Positions 11,355 to 19,526 of a stretch of DNA of 64,000 nucleotides are shown here, one piece after another. Below the pieces are notes generated by a model that saw nothing but the letters and a program-made list of their open reading frames with translations, was not told where the DNA came from and searched no databases. A program made the position numbers and the translations under genes. Positions within the stretch are counted from its first letter, which is position 1, and the number at the start of each line of letters is the position of its first letter. The stretch comes from Clostridia bacterium. Its GTDB lineage: Bacteria > Bacillota > Clostridia > Christensenellales > CAG-917. The DNA is taken from positions 40,265-104,264 of the forward strand of contig JAZLBO010000016.1 in NCBI GenBank assembly GCA_045613765.1, read 5' to 3'.

Positions 11355-11607
11355 CACGTATGGGTTCACACGCAAAGCGTGGTGCGATAGCACAAAGTCC
11401 CGAGATAAAAGAAAAACACCGAGAAAACTCGGTGTAATGGTGCAGTCGAAGGGCTTGTAGCAAACGTAGTGAGCGTAATAGCGAGAACGGTATGCTCGCA
11501 TACGTAAGGTCGAGCGCCAGCCATACACGTATGGGTTCACACGCGTAGCGTGGTGCGAAAGCACAAAGTCCCGAGATAAAAGAAAAACACCGAGAAACTC
11601 GGTGCTT
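11355..11607 (-). repeat. tRNA-Leu-linked tandem repeat, ~170-bp period, with duplicated tRNA 3' end at 11438-11453
   Basis: TGGTGCAGTCGAAGGG at 11438 and 11608; block CGTATGGGTTCACACGC..GCGTGGTGCGA.AGCACAAAGTCCCGAGATAAAAGAAAA.CACCGAG present twice. Confidence 0.9.
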
Positions 11608-11690
11608 TGGTGCAGTCGAAGGGACTTGAACCCATACGGTCACCCACTGGAACCTAAATCCAGCGCGTCTGCCAATTTCGCCACGACTGC
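11608..11690 (-). tRNA. tRNA-Leu (TAG)
   Basis: GCAGTCG..TGGCAGACGC, anticodon arm CTGGA-TTTAGGT-TCCAG, variable arm, GGTTCAAGTCC, encoded CCA. Confidence 0.95.
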
Positions 11691-11823
11691 GTTTATTTGC
11701 ATTGATAATTATAGCATAATACCAAAAAAAGTAAAGTCAATAGCATATTTCAAGAAAATTTTTAGAAATTTTGTAAAAATAGTTGCATTTTTCTAATTTC
11801 AGTGATATAGTTATCAATGCTGT

Positions 11824-11898
11824 GCGGGAGTGACTCAGTGGTAGAGTGTCACCTTGCCAAGGTGAAAGTCGCGGGTCCGAATCCCGTCTCCCGCTCCA
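11824..11898 (+). tRNA. tRNA-Gly (GCC)
   Basis: GCGGGAG acceptor, TCACC-TTGCCAA-GGTGA, CCA end; T-loop reads TCCGAAT. Confidence 0.93.
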
Positions 11899-11915
11899 CA
11901 GACCCATAAAATTGT

Positions 11916-11991
11916 GCGTCCTTAGCTCAGCTGGTAGAGCAACTGACTCTTAATCAGTGGGTCCCGGGTTCGAATCCCTGAGGACGCACCA
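11916..11991 (+). tRNA. tRNA-Lys (CTT)
   Basis: GCGTCCT acceptor, ACTGA-CTCTTAA-TCAGT, GGTTCGAATCC, CCA end. Confidence 0.95.
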
Positions 11992-12243
11992 AAAGCCACC
12001 GAAGTATCGGTGGTTTTTTCTTTATCCCAGGTCTTTATGCTGTCGCATTTTGCTGCGCAATCGAACCCGGGTGTCCCGGCTGACGCTCGGCTTTATTGAA
12101 CAAGTTCATCGCCTTGCTATTACACGAATCCCCGAGGACGCACCAAAAGCCACCGAAGTATTGGTGGTTTTTTCTTTGCTCAGGTCTTTATGCTGTCGCA
12201 TTTTGCTACGCAATCGAACCCGGGTATTCCGGCTGGCGCTCGG
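11992..12243 (+). repeat. tRNA-Lys-linked tandem repeat, ~154-bp period, with duplicated tRNA 3' end at 12125-12145
   Basis: CGAATCCC(T/C)GAGGACGCACCA + terminator GCCACCGA..GGTGGTTTTTT + CAGGTCTTTATGCTGTCGCATTTTGCT.CGCAATCGAACCCGGG present twice. Confidence 0.9.
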
Positions 12244-12313
12244 TATTGCTTTGCAGTGTGATGTATGGTATAATTTGTTGAAAGTAAGATAAAAAGGTTG
12301 GGGAGGGCTTAAA

Positions 12314-12664
12314 TTGATTTTCAAGGGTATTGCAAAAGAGTTTTCGTTGTTGAACGATGATCAATACAACACAATTGGCGATTTTTGGGATGAAATGGCT
12401 TTGATTTATGGTTTAGAAAATCTGCAAGGGCTTGGATACAAGTGGGCAGACGGCAAAATTTATTATGCCATAGGCTTGAAAGTTGGCGAGATAAGGGATT
12501 GCGACTTCACCATTGAATTGCCTGACGTTGGTTGGACTGTTGTCAATGGCAAAACAGGCGATCTCAAAGAGATTTACAACGAAATATACAAAAACGGCGC
12601 ACTCACATACGAAATAGAAACCTTTGACAACGACGGCGCTTGCCAAATCAAATATTATAGATAG
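12314..12664 (+). CDS. Small hypothetical protein, possibly GyrI-like effector-binding fold
   Basis: GGAGGG SD + TTG; IGDFWD..., YYAIG, IYNEIY, YEIETF pattern. Confidence 0.6.
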   Translation: MIFKGIAKEFSLLNDDQYNTIGDFWDEMALIYGLENLQGLGYKWADGKIYYAIGLKVGEIRDCDFTIELPDVGWTVVNGKTGDLKEIYNEIYKNGALTYEIETFDNDGACQIKYYR

Positions 12665-12683
12665 TCAAACATTTTATACAAAC

Positions 12684-12714
12684 AAAAAAGCACTTGGTTT
12701 CAAGTGCTTTTTTA
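12684..12714. terminator. Bidirectional intrinsic terminator
   Basis: AAAAAAGCACTTG-GTTT-CAAGTGCTTTTTT. Confidence 0.75.
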
Positions 12715-12738
12715 TATGTAAATTTGAATTTGAGTAGG

Positions 12739-13905
12739 TTAGATAATCTGTAATATGAAAAATTTGAGATAATTCGTTTCGTCTGCAGACACCAATGATG
12801 GATGATCTGGAGATTGTGTTTTGAACTCGACTTGACGGACAATTCTGCCACTTTCTCTTGCAGAATCTGCAAGCATTTTTTGGAAGTTGGGCAAGGTCAT
12901 ATAGTGTGAGCAAGATGCTGAAATCAAAAATCCACCCGATCTCACCAACTTCATGCCAAGTGTGTTTATATCTTTATAGCCACGATATGCGTCTTTCACT
13001 TCAGATGCGCTCTTGCAAAATGCAGGGGGATCAAGGATGACAAGGTCAAATTGCTTGTTTTCCTTTTTGAAAGTGCGTAGCACTTCAAATACGTCTCCTT
13101 GCAGTGTGGTTATATTGTCTATGCCGTTGAGTTTTGCATTTTCATTGACGTTGTCAAGAGCAAGTTGAGATACGTCCACTGCAGTCACTGACTTTGCCAC
13201 TGTTGAACAGTTCAGTGAAAAACCACCTGAATTGCAGAAACAATCAAGGATGTCGCCGCCTTTTGCATAGCGTCTTGATGCGTATCTATTTTCCTTTTGA
13301 TCAAGGAAATAGCCGGTTTTTTGCCCATTTTTCACGTCAACGGCCATTTTCAAGCCATTTTCAGTGATAATAATCCTATCTGGCACTTCGCCGTACAAAA
13401 TCCCTTTGGTTTCGGTCAAACCTTCTTTGATGCGCACTGCAACGTCACTGCGCTCATATATGCCTTTGGGGGCAAAAAGTTCCACAAGGCACTCTACAAT
13501 GAGATTTTTGACTTTGTCAATGCCAAGAGAAAGGAATTGTACAGAAAGATATTGGTCATATTTGTCAACGATAAGTGCAGGAATATTGTCTGCCTCGGCA
13601 AAAACCATACGATAACAGTTATCAAAGCCGAGATTTACTCTAAAATTGTTGGCTTCTTTGAGTTTTTCAAGATAAAAAGGCTTGTCATCAACTTGATTTT
13701 CATCATGGATGAAGACACGGACGAGAATTTTGCTCAAATGATTGATGTATCCTTTGCCGATAAATCTGCCATCGTGTGCAAAAACTGATGCAAGAGAGCC
13801 GTTTTTGTCTTTTCCTTCAATTTTTGCCACTTCGTTTGCATAAACCCATGAGTGTCCTGCAATAATTCGCTTTTCTTCGCCTTTTTTGAGATAAACAGAG
13901 TACAT
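12739..13905 (-). CDS. RlmI/RlmK-type class I SAM-dependent rRNA methyltransferase
   Basis: PUA-like N-term GHSWVY, GQKTGYFLDQ, LDCFCNSGGF, ILDPPAF, SCS. Confidence 0.9.
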   Translation of the reverse strand: MYSVYLKKGEEKRIIAGHSWVYANEVAKIEGKDKNGSLASVFAHDGRFIGKGYINHLSKILVRVFIHDENQVDDKPFYLEKLKEANNFRVNLGFDNCYRMVFAEADNIPALIVDKYDQYLSVQFLSLGIDKVKNLIVECLVELFAPKGIYERSDVAVRIKEGLTETKGILYGEVPDRIIITENGLKMAVDVKNGQKTGYFLDQKENRYASRRYAKGGDILDCFCNSGGFSLNCSTVAKSVTAVDVSQLALDNVNENAKLNGIDNITTLQGDVFEVLRTFKKENKQFDLVILDPPAFCKSASEVKDAYRGYKDINTLGMKLVRSGGFLISASCSHYMTLPNFQKMLADSARESGRIVRQVEFKTQSPDHPSLVSADETNYLKFFILQII

Positions 13906-13994
13906 AAATCACCTTGCGTAGTTCTTTTTCTATAATTTTAGTGATAGAAAAGACATTGTGCAAGCGATTTGACATATTTCATTTGTCAAATGAC

Positions 13995-14843
13995 CTAAAA
14001 TTTCTTGTCATCATCACTTTTTTCATCCAAACCATCTTTTTCCAATGCGCCGACATTATTTTCGTTTGGTGCGCTTGAGTTTAGCCCTGCAAAAAATTCC
14101 TTGAAATTCTGCCTTTGACTTGGCATATCTTTTCCAAGTGGAGATAGAGAAATAATCGCAAGCAAAAGAGCAATACTTCCAAAAATCAAATAGTAAATTT
14201 TCAGTGGTGTAAAGAAGGCAGTGGAGAGCAGTACAACCCCTGAAAACATCAAGCCTTTGAAGTTGCTTTTTGAGATGAAAATTGCAGGCAAATCTTGAAG
14301 ACGGAAAGTGCGTTTTTTCTTCAAATCAGGGAGCAAATTGTGCTTTTTCAAAAGTTTATAAATTGGCTTGATTTTGACAATAGTGATATAAATTCCGTAG
14401 GTTTCAAGAAGGCGCAAAGCCTTTCTTTCTATCCCCCTTGCAAAGAGAAAAACTCGGGTTTTTCCACATTTTTCAGCAGTGGAATATATGTTTGGCAAGT
14501 CGTTTATGGTTACGCTTCCAAATTTGAAATTTACGTAAAAAAGGGCATTTTTCACTGAAATATAGTTGAAACCACTCTCAAAAGTGTGATTTTTTAGAAT
14601 AGTTTTGAGATTTTCAATCAAAAATGACGGCCCACGAACAGAAAGTTCAAGTGCAAGACGGTCATAAGCATAGGGCTTTTCTTCTCTACTGCGCAATGCG
14701 TGTGCCACAACAAAAAATCCCCCTGTGATTGCAAGGGAAATGACAATAGACAAGGCGACGTCTTCAAGGATTAAACCCACCCAAACGAAAGATAAAAATG
14801 CAATGATTACACCTATGCTTATTAGGTCAAAAATTTTTGTCAT
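13995..14843 (-). CDS. Hypothetical membrane protein
   Basis: 282-aa ORF, two N-terminal and two C-terminal hydrophobic helices. Confidence 0.7.
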   Translation of the reverse strand: MTKIFDLISIGVIIAFLSFVWVGLILEDVALSIVISLAITGGFFVVAHALRSREEKPYAYDRLALELSVRGPSFLIENLKTILKNHTFESGFNYISVKNALFYVNFKFGSVTINDLPNIYSTAEKCGKTRVFLFARGIERKALRLLETYGIYITIVKIKPIYKLLKKHNLLPDLKKKRTFRLQDLPAIFISKSNFKGLMFSGVVLLSTAFFTPLKIYYLIFGSIALLLAIISLSPLGKDMPSQRQNFKEFFAGLNSSAPNENNVGALEKDGLDEKSDDDKKF

Positions 14844-15023
14844 AAATAGATTTTTGCCACTGAAAAAATATTTATTCTTTGAAAGTTTTTTGCCTGTAAA
14901 TTCATATTAGAATAGGGGGTATTCTCAAGTGTAAAATTGTTCATTTTCATATATGCGAAAATAAACATATTAGAAATGAAATTGCCTCTTGAAATTTTTA
15001 TATTATTTGGTATAATATAATAT

Positions 15024-16145
15024 ATGAAAACTGTTGTATTTGGTGGCGCATTTGATCCACCACACCTCGAACACAGCCGATTGACAAAATTTGCTTGTGA
15101 TTTTTTGGGGGCAGAACGCCTTGTAATTGTTCCAACCCAACAGCCACCACACAAAAGTTGTGGCACTTTGTCATTTGAACACCGTGTGGCACTGTCAAAA
15201 ATCGCATTTGAAGGTTGTGCACAGGAAGTCATCATAGATGAAATTGAACTTGAAAGAGTAAGACGTCACAAATACAACTATTCAAGCGAGGTTTTGCCCG
15301 TTTTGAAGGCAAAATATGGCGAAATCGTATATCTTATTGGTGGGGATAGTCTTGAATATTTCCACACTTGGCACAAGCCTGAAGATATTGTAAAAATCTG
15401 TCCTATTGCAGTGGTTGGCAGGGCAGGATATGACGATATAAATGAAAAAATCGCACATCTAACCAAGTATTTTGGTGGGGAATTTATACCTTTGGACTTC
15501 AATGGAGAAGATGTAGCATCATCTTCAGTCAAGGCAAAACTCCTTCTTCAACTGAAACCTGATGGCATTGCAGATGATGTGTATGACTATATCAAGAACA
15601 ATCATCTGTTTGACAAGTATATTCCTTGGCTTGAAAAGTTGAAAGAGTTTGAATCTGCACCTCTTTACAGCCATACTGAAAACGTTGTGCTTCGTGCAGT
15701 GCATCTCAACTCGTTGCACAACTTAAAGCAAGACTTTGACAAAGTGTTTCAATCTGCCCTTTTGCACGATAATGCCAAGGAAAGACCATCTTTAGATGGT
15801 CTAAACGTGCCAGATGATGCAGTTGGCACATCTGTTTTGCACCAATTCCTTGGTGCAGAAAAGGCAAAGCGCGATTTTGGCGTAGATGATGAGGACGTAC
15901 TTTCTGCAATCGCAGTTCATACAACTGCTTGCAAGGATATGACAACACTTCAAAAACTCATCTACACTGCAGATAGCACGTCTTATGATAGAGAGTATCA
16001 ACCAATCCCCGATCTTCGTGAAATTGGAGATAGAGATTTTGAAGAAGGTTTTAGAGCAGTCCTTGACTACACTTACCAAAAACTCATCAAAGCGGGAAAG
16101 AGCATTTATCCATTGACTCTTGAAGCAGTGGAATCTTATTTATAA
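15024..16145 (+). CDS. nadD: Nicotinate-nucleotide adenylyltransferase fused to YqeK-like HD domain
   Basis: FGGAFDPPH, LIGGDS..F.TW, SSSVK; C-terminal ALLHD.AK, LH..LGA, AIAVHT, IYTAD. Confidence 0.88.
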   Translation: MKTVVFGGAFDPPHLEHSRLTKFACDFLGAERLVIVPTQQPPHKSCGTLSFEHRVALSKIAFEGCAQEVIIDEIELERVRRHKYNYSSEVLPVLKAKYGEIVYLIGGDSLEYFHTWHKPEDIVKICPIAVVGRAGYDDINEKIAHLTKYFGGEFIPLDFNGEDVASSSVKAKLLLQLKPDGIADDVYDYIKNNHLFDKYIPWLEKLKEFESAPLYSHTENVVLRAVHLNSLHNLKQDFDKVFQSALLHDNAKERPSLDGLNVPDDAVGTSVLHQFLGAEKAKRDFGVDDEDVLSAIAVHTTACKDMTTLQKLIYTADSTSYDREYQPIPDLREIGDRDFEEGFRAVLDYTYQKLIKAGKSIYPLTLEAVESYL

Positions 16146-16179
16146 TACAACGCACAATTTGTGCAAAAATAGGAGAAAT

Positions 16180-16539
16180 ATGGAATCTAATCAACTCAAA
16201 AACTTAATTTGTAAAGAACTTGACGAACGTAGAGCCGTTGATATCACGGTGCTCAACGTTGAACATCTCACAGTTGTTGCAGACTATTTTATCATCTGCA
16301 CAGGCAAGTCAAACCGTCAAGTCAAAGCACTTGCAGAATATCTTGAAGATACTCTTGACAAGAACTATGAAGTCAAGTGCTTGCGTATGGATGGTGTCCA
16401 AGAAGGCAAGTGGGTAGTCCTTGACTACGGTGGAGTTATCGTCCACATTTTTAACGACGACACTCGTATGTTCTATTGCCTTGAAAAACTTTGGACAGAC
16501 GGCGACAACGTAGAATTCTACAAAGGCGAAGAAAACTAA
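16180..16539 (+). CDS. rsfS: Ribosome silencing factor
   Basis: AGGAG SD; ADYFIICTG.S.RQVKAL, WVVLDYGGVIVHIF..R.FY.LE.LW. Confidence 0.95.
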   Translation: MESNQLKNLICKELDERRAVDITVLNVEHLTVVADYFIICTGKSNRQVKALAEYLEDTLDKNYEVKCLRMDGVQEGKWVVLDYGGVIVHIFNDDTRMFYCLEKLWTDGDNVEFYKGEEN

Positions 16540-16601
16540 TTGTCAATCAACTTGCAACTTTTTGCAAGATTTCAGTGGAGTATATAGGTTGTGACCGAGC
16601 A

Positions 16602-16952
16602 TTATGCTCGGTTAATAGCCATTTCAAGTAGCAGTGGTTTTTCTTCATCACTTACTTGATCCATGGCACGAAAGAGTTCCATGTCATAGGACACAATGAC
16701 TTTGTCCGTTGACAAACTCAATTCTTCTGCGACAGTCCATTTTATGGACTGCAATAAGTCTTGTCTTTCTTTTTGTGAGAAGATGGGGCAGGTCAACACT
16801 GCAACAACCACATATCCATCGTGGTCAAAAGTGCGCGCTGCAACAACTTGATTGTAGTTGAGGGCAACGTATTCTGCGACGTCCCCTTGAGATTGTATTG
16901 TGAACATAACTTGAGTGTTGCCTATCTCGACAAATCTATTCACTGAAACCAA
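16602..16952 (-). CDS. Hypothetical protein, weak resemblance to YhcN/YlaJ sporulation proteins; start uncertain
   Basis: 116-aa ORF filling the gap; VVVAVL...KVIVSYD; in-frame TAA shortly upstream. Confidence 0.45.
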   Translation of the reverse strand: MVSVNRFVEIGNTQVMFTIQSQGDVAEYVALNYNQVVAARTFDHDGYVVVAVLTCPIFSQKERQDLLQSIKWTVAEELSLSTDKVIVSYDMELFRAMDQVSDEEKPLLLEMAINRA

Positions 16953-17076
16953 GGCAAAATTGATTGCATATTGATTGGGCGTGGACTTTTAGACGGCAAA
17001 TATACGGCAGAAATCCATTGTTTTCATCGAAAATCAAAGCAAATTAAAACAAAAATTTGTTTTATGCCGTGAGATG

Positions 17077-17105
17077 TTGACATAACTTGAAGAAAAGAAT
17101 AAAAT
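17077..17105 (+). promoter_or_regulatory. SigA promoter
   Basis: TTGACA-17 bp-TAAAAT directly upstream of riboswitch. Confidence 0.8.
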
Positions 17106-17108
17106 ATC

Positions 17109-17222
17109 AATGCTTCGGGGCAGGGTGAAATTCCCTACCGGTGGTATAGTCCACGACCACGCTTGCGTGCTGATGAGGTGCAATTCCTCAACCGACGGTA
17201 CAGTCCGGATGAAAGGAGCAAT
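17109..17222 (+). ncRNA. FMN riboswitch (RFN element)
   Basis: CTTCGGGGCAGGGTGAAATTCCCTACCGGTGGTATAGTCCACGA...GGTGCAATTCC..ACCGACGGTACAGTCCGGATGAAAGGAG. Confidence 0.97.
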
Positions 17223-17230
17223 TTTGTTTC

Positions 17231-17256
17231 CCCCGAGAATAATTCTTGGGTTTTTT
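17231..17256 (+). terminator. Riboswitch-associated intrinsic terminator
   Basis: CCCGAGAAT-A-ATTCTTGGG followed by T6. Confidence 0.75.
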
Positions 17257-17277
17257 AATGCCCGAAAGGATATTCTT

Positions 17278-18552
17278 ATGACAGAAAAGAAAGATTTAAT
17301 CAATGATTTGGACACAGAAAAAGTCTTTACACAAGAAGATTTTGCATTTGTGGCCAACAATGAAAATGTCGTGGCAGACACAGAAAGTGCCACACCATCA
17401 ACTGACAATATCACTGATGATGCCAACAATGTTGATGACAACAATCAATGCGATTTGAGTGATAACAACGAGGCAGAATACGGCGAAGAAGACAAGAGCC
17501 AAGGCGAAAACAATGAAAATGAGTTTTCTAATAGAAAACTCGCAAAGAAGAAAGGCTTGCCGACAAGAAAACTTTGTGGCATGGCAGTGCTCACGGCACT
17601 TTCAATCGTCCTTGCTTGTACGTTGCATATACCAGTTCTCCCATCTGCACCTTTCTTGGAGTATTCTCCAAGTGACGTACCAGTGCTTATTGCATCATTT
17701 ATGTATGGTCCTGTGTGGGGATTGGTTATCACTGCAATCGTATCACTTATACAAGGCTTGACGGTCAGTGCAGCAAGTGGTTGGATTGGCATTGCAATGA
17801 ACTTCCTTTCAACGGGCGTATTCGTGTTGAGCGCAGGGCTCATCTACAAATTCAAGCATGACATCAAAGGAGCAACAATAGGTATTGTGGTCGGTTTTGT
17901 TAGTGGTGTTGTGACAATGATACTTTGGAATATTCTCATCACACCTCTTTATATGGGTGTCACAAGAGAAGTTGTCATAGCAATGATACCCACAGCATTT
18001 TTGCCTTTCAACCTGTTGAAATATGCAGCCAACGGCGCAATGACCTTCTCGCTTTATAAGGCAACAGGCAAATTTTTCAAAATGGCTTTCAAAAACGTGC
18101 CAGACAAGACGGTGGACGAAGATACCATTGAAGGCAAGCATACATCACGCAGTGTAGAGGACACAACAAAACTCGCCACACGCATTGCAGACACTCTTGA
18201 AGGTGGCGAAGTAATTGTGCTTGATGGCGACCTTGGAGCAGGCAAAACAACCTTTACAAAAGGTTTGGCAGAGGCTTTGGGGATCAAAGATCAAGTGACA
18301 AGCCCCACTTTCACCATAATGAACGTCTATGAAGACGGCAAATTCAAACTCAATCATCTTGATATGTATCGCATTGAAAGTGAAGACGAGTTGTACGAAT
18401 TGGGCGTAGAAGATGCCATGACCGAGGATACCATTACAGTTATTGAGTGGAACAAGTTGGCACTTGAAGGCAAAAAAGTCATCAAAATCAATATCACAAC
18501 AGACAAAAACAAAAGGATATTCACAGTAAAACATGAAAATACTTGCAGTTGA
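17278..18552 (+). CDS. tsaE: Fusion: acidic N-terminal region + ECF riboflavin S-component (RibU-like) + t6A ATPase TsaE
   Basis: PFLEYSPSDVPVLIASFMYGP..G, PFNLLK (ECF-S); GDLGAGKTTFTK, VTSPTFTI, HLDMYR, IEW (TsaE) in one frame; start after AAAGGA SD. Confidence 0.9.
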   Translation: MTEKKDLINDLDTEKVFTQEDFAFVANNENVVADTESATPSTDNITDDANNVDDNNQCDLSDNNEAEYGEEDKSQGENNENEFSNRKLAKKKGLPTRKLCGMAVLTALSIVLACTLHIPVLPSAPFLEYSPSDVPVLIASFMYGPVWGLVITAIVSLIQGLTVSAASGWIGIAMNFLSTGVFVLSAGLIYKFKHDIKGATIGIVVGFVSGVVTMILWNILITPLYMGVTREVVIAMIPTAFLPFNLLKYAANGAMTFSLYKATGKFFKMAFKNVPDKTVDEDTIEGKHTSRSVEDTTKLATRIADTLEGGEVIVLDGDLGAGKTTFTKGLAEALGIKDQVTSPTFTIMNVYEDGKFKLNHLDMYRIESEDELYELGVEDAMTEDTITVIEWNKLALEGKKVIKINITTDKNKRIFTVKHENTCS

Positions 18553-19105
18553 CACAACATCAACAATCTTTACGGCAGTGCTCGTAGATGGAGAGAAGAC
18601 ACTTTCCACATCATTTGAAGTGGGAAAGTCAGGTCACTCATCTCTCATTTTGCCCACCATAAGTGAACTTATGGATATTGCCGACACCAAGTCTGAAGAT
18701 CTTGATGGTGTTGCAGTTGTGGTCGGCCCCGGCTCATTTACTGGCATCCGTATTGGCGTGTCTGCAATGACGGCTATTGCCTACGGCACAGGTGCAAAAA
18801 GGATTGCAGTCAACTCATTTGAACTTCTTGCATACAATAGAGAAAATGCGCTGTGTGCCATTGATGCAGGACACGGACACACATACGTTGCAAAGGTTGA
18901 AGACGGCAAGATTATATCCACGGATTTTGTTGAAGAAAAGGACAAAGACACCTTGCCCAAAGATATGGTCACTACAACAAGTTGTAGTGCAGTGGAAGCA
19001 CTCGACAAGGTTGTGCGCAATAAGTGGGAAAATGGCGACTTTGTAAACGTCTTTGAACCATACTATATGCGCAAGTCACAAGCAGAGAGAAACAATGAGA
19101 TTTGA
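18533..19105 (+). CDS. tsaB: t6A biosynthesis protein TsaB
   Basis: MKILAVDT, HS, GPGSFTGIRIG, P.Y.RKSQAE. Confidence 0.93.
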   Translation: MKILAVDTTSTIFTAVLVDGEKTLSTSFEVGKSGHSSLILPTISELMDIADTKSEDLDGVAVVVGPGSFTGIRIGVSAMTAIAYGTGAKRIAVNSFELLAYNRENALCAIDAGHGHTYVAKVEDGKIISTDFVEEKDKDTLPKDMVTTTSCSAVEALDKVVRNKWENGDFVNVFEPYYMRKSQAERNNEI

Positions 19106-19526
19106 ACCCTTGAAATACGAGCATCTCGCCCAAATGGCAGAGATTGAAAGAGAGGCTTTTGACACGCCTTGGACAGTGGCAATGTTCATCCCCGAACTAT
19201 GTTCGGCAGATGCCTTTTACACTGTTGCAGTCCGTGGGGACGAGGTTTTGGGGTACGGTGGCTTTCACAAAGTTCTTGACGAAGGGCATATAACTAATAT
19301 AGCAGTCAAGAGCACCGAAAGAGGCAAGGGTATCGGCAAGTTTTTGATGGCAACTCTCATAAGCAAGGCAAGAGAGCAAGGCATAACCCAAATGACTCTT
19401 GAAGTCAATGTCAACAATGCAAGAGCAATACACCTATATGAAAGTTACGGTTTCAAAGGGGTAGGCGTACGTAAGAAGTATTACAACGGACGTGACGATG
19501 CCCTTATAATGTGGCTTGACGTGTAG
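19095..19526 (+). CDS. rimI: Ribosomal-protein-alanine N-acetyltransferase
   Basis: IE..AF..PW, EGHITNIAV...RGKGIG, LEV...N..A..LY...GF, RKKYY..DALIM. Confidence 0.93.
   Translation: MRFEPLKYEHLAQMAEIEREAFDTPWTVAMFIPELCSADAFYTVAVRGDEVLGYGGFHKVLDEGHITNIAVKSTERGKGIGKFLMATLISKAREQGITQMTLEVNVNNARAIHLYESYGFKGVGVRKKYYNGRDDALIMWLDV

Noticed and set aside
11438..11453. Additional tRNA genes at 11438 and 12125
   Set aside because: Only 16-21 nt of the 3' end are present, with no D or anticodon arm.
11263..12324. Short ORFs around the tRNAs (11263-11643, 11313-11564, 11957-12292 etc.)
   Set aside because: They overlap tRNAs, terminators and repeats; the internal peptide repeats just mirror the DNA repeats.
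6952..12664. Prophage or ICE at the tRNAs
   Set aside because: No integrase, phage or conjugation genes; only small accessory genes and repeats.
12718..12734. Further copies of the cassette IR (GTAAATTTGAATTTGAG; also 57231-57245)
   Set aside because: AT-rich partial matches with no evident partner end; could be chance.
17110..17277. N-terminal 56 aa of the 480-aa ORF
   Set aside because: This is the FMN riboswitch and terminator read in frame; the real start is likely ATG 17278.
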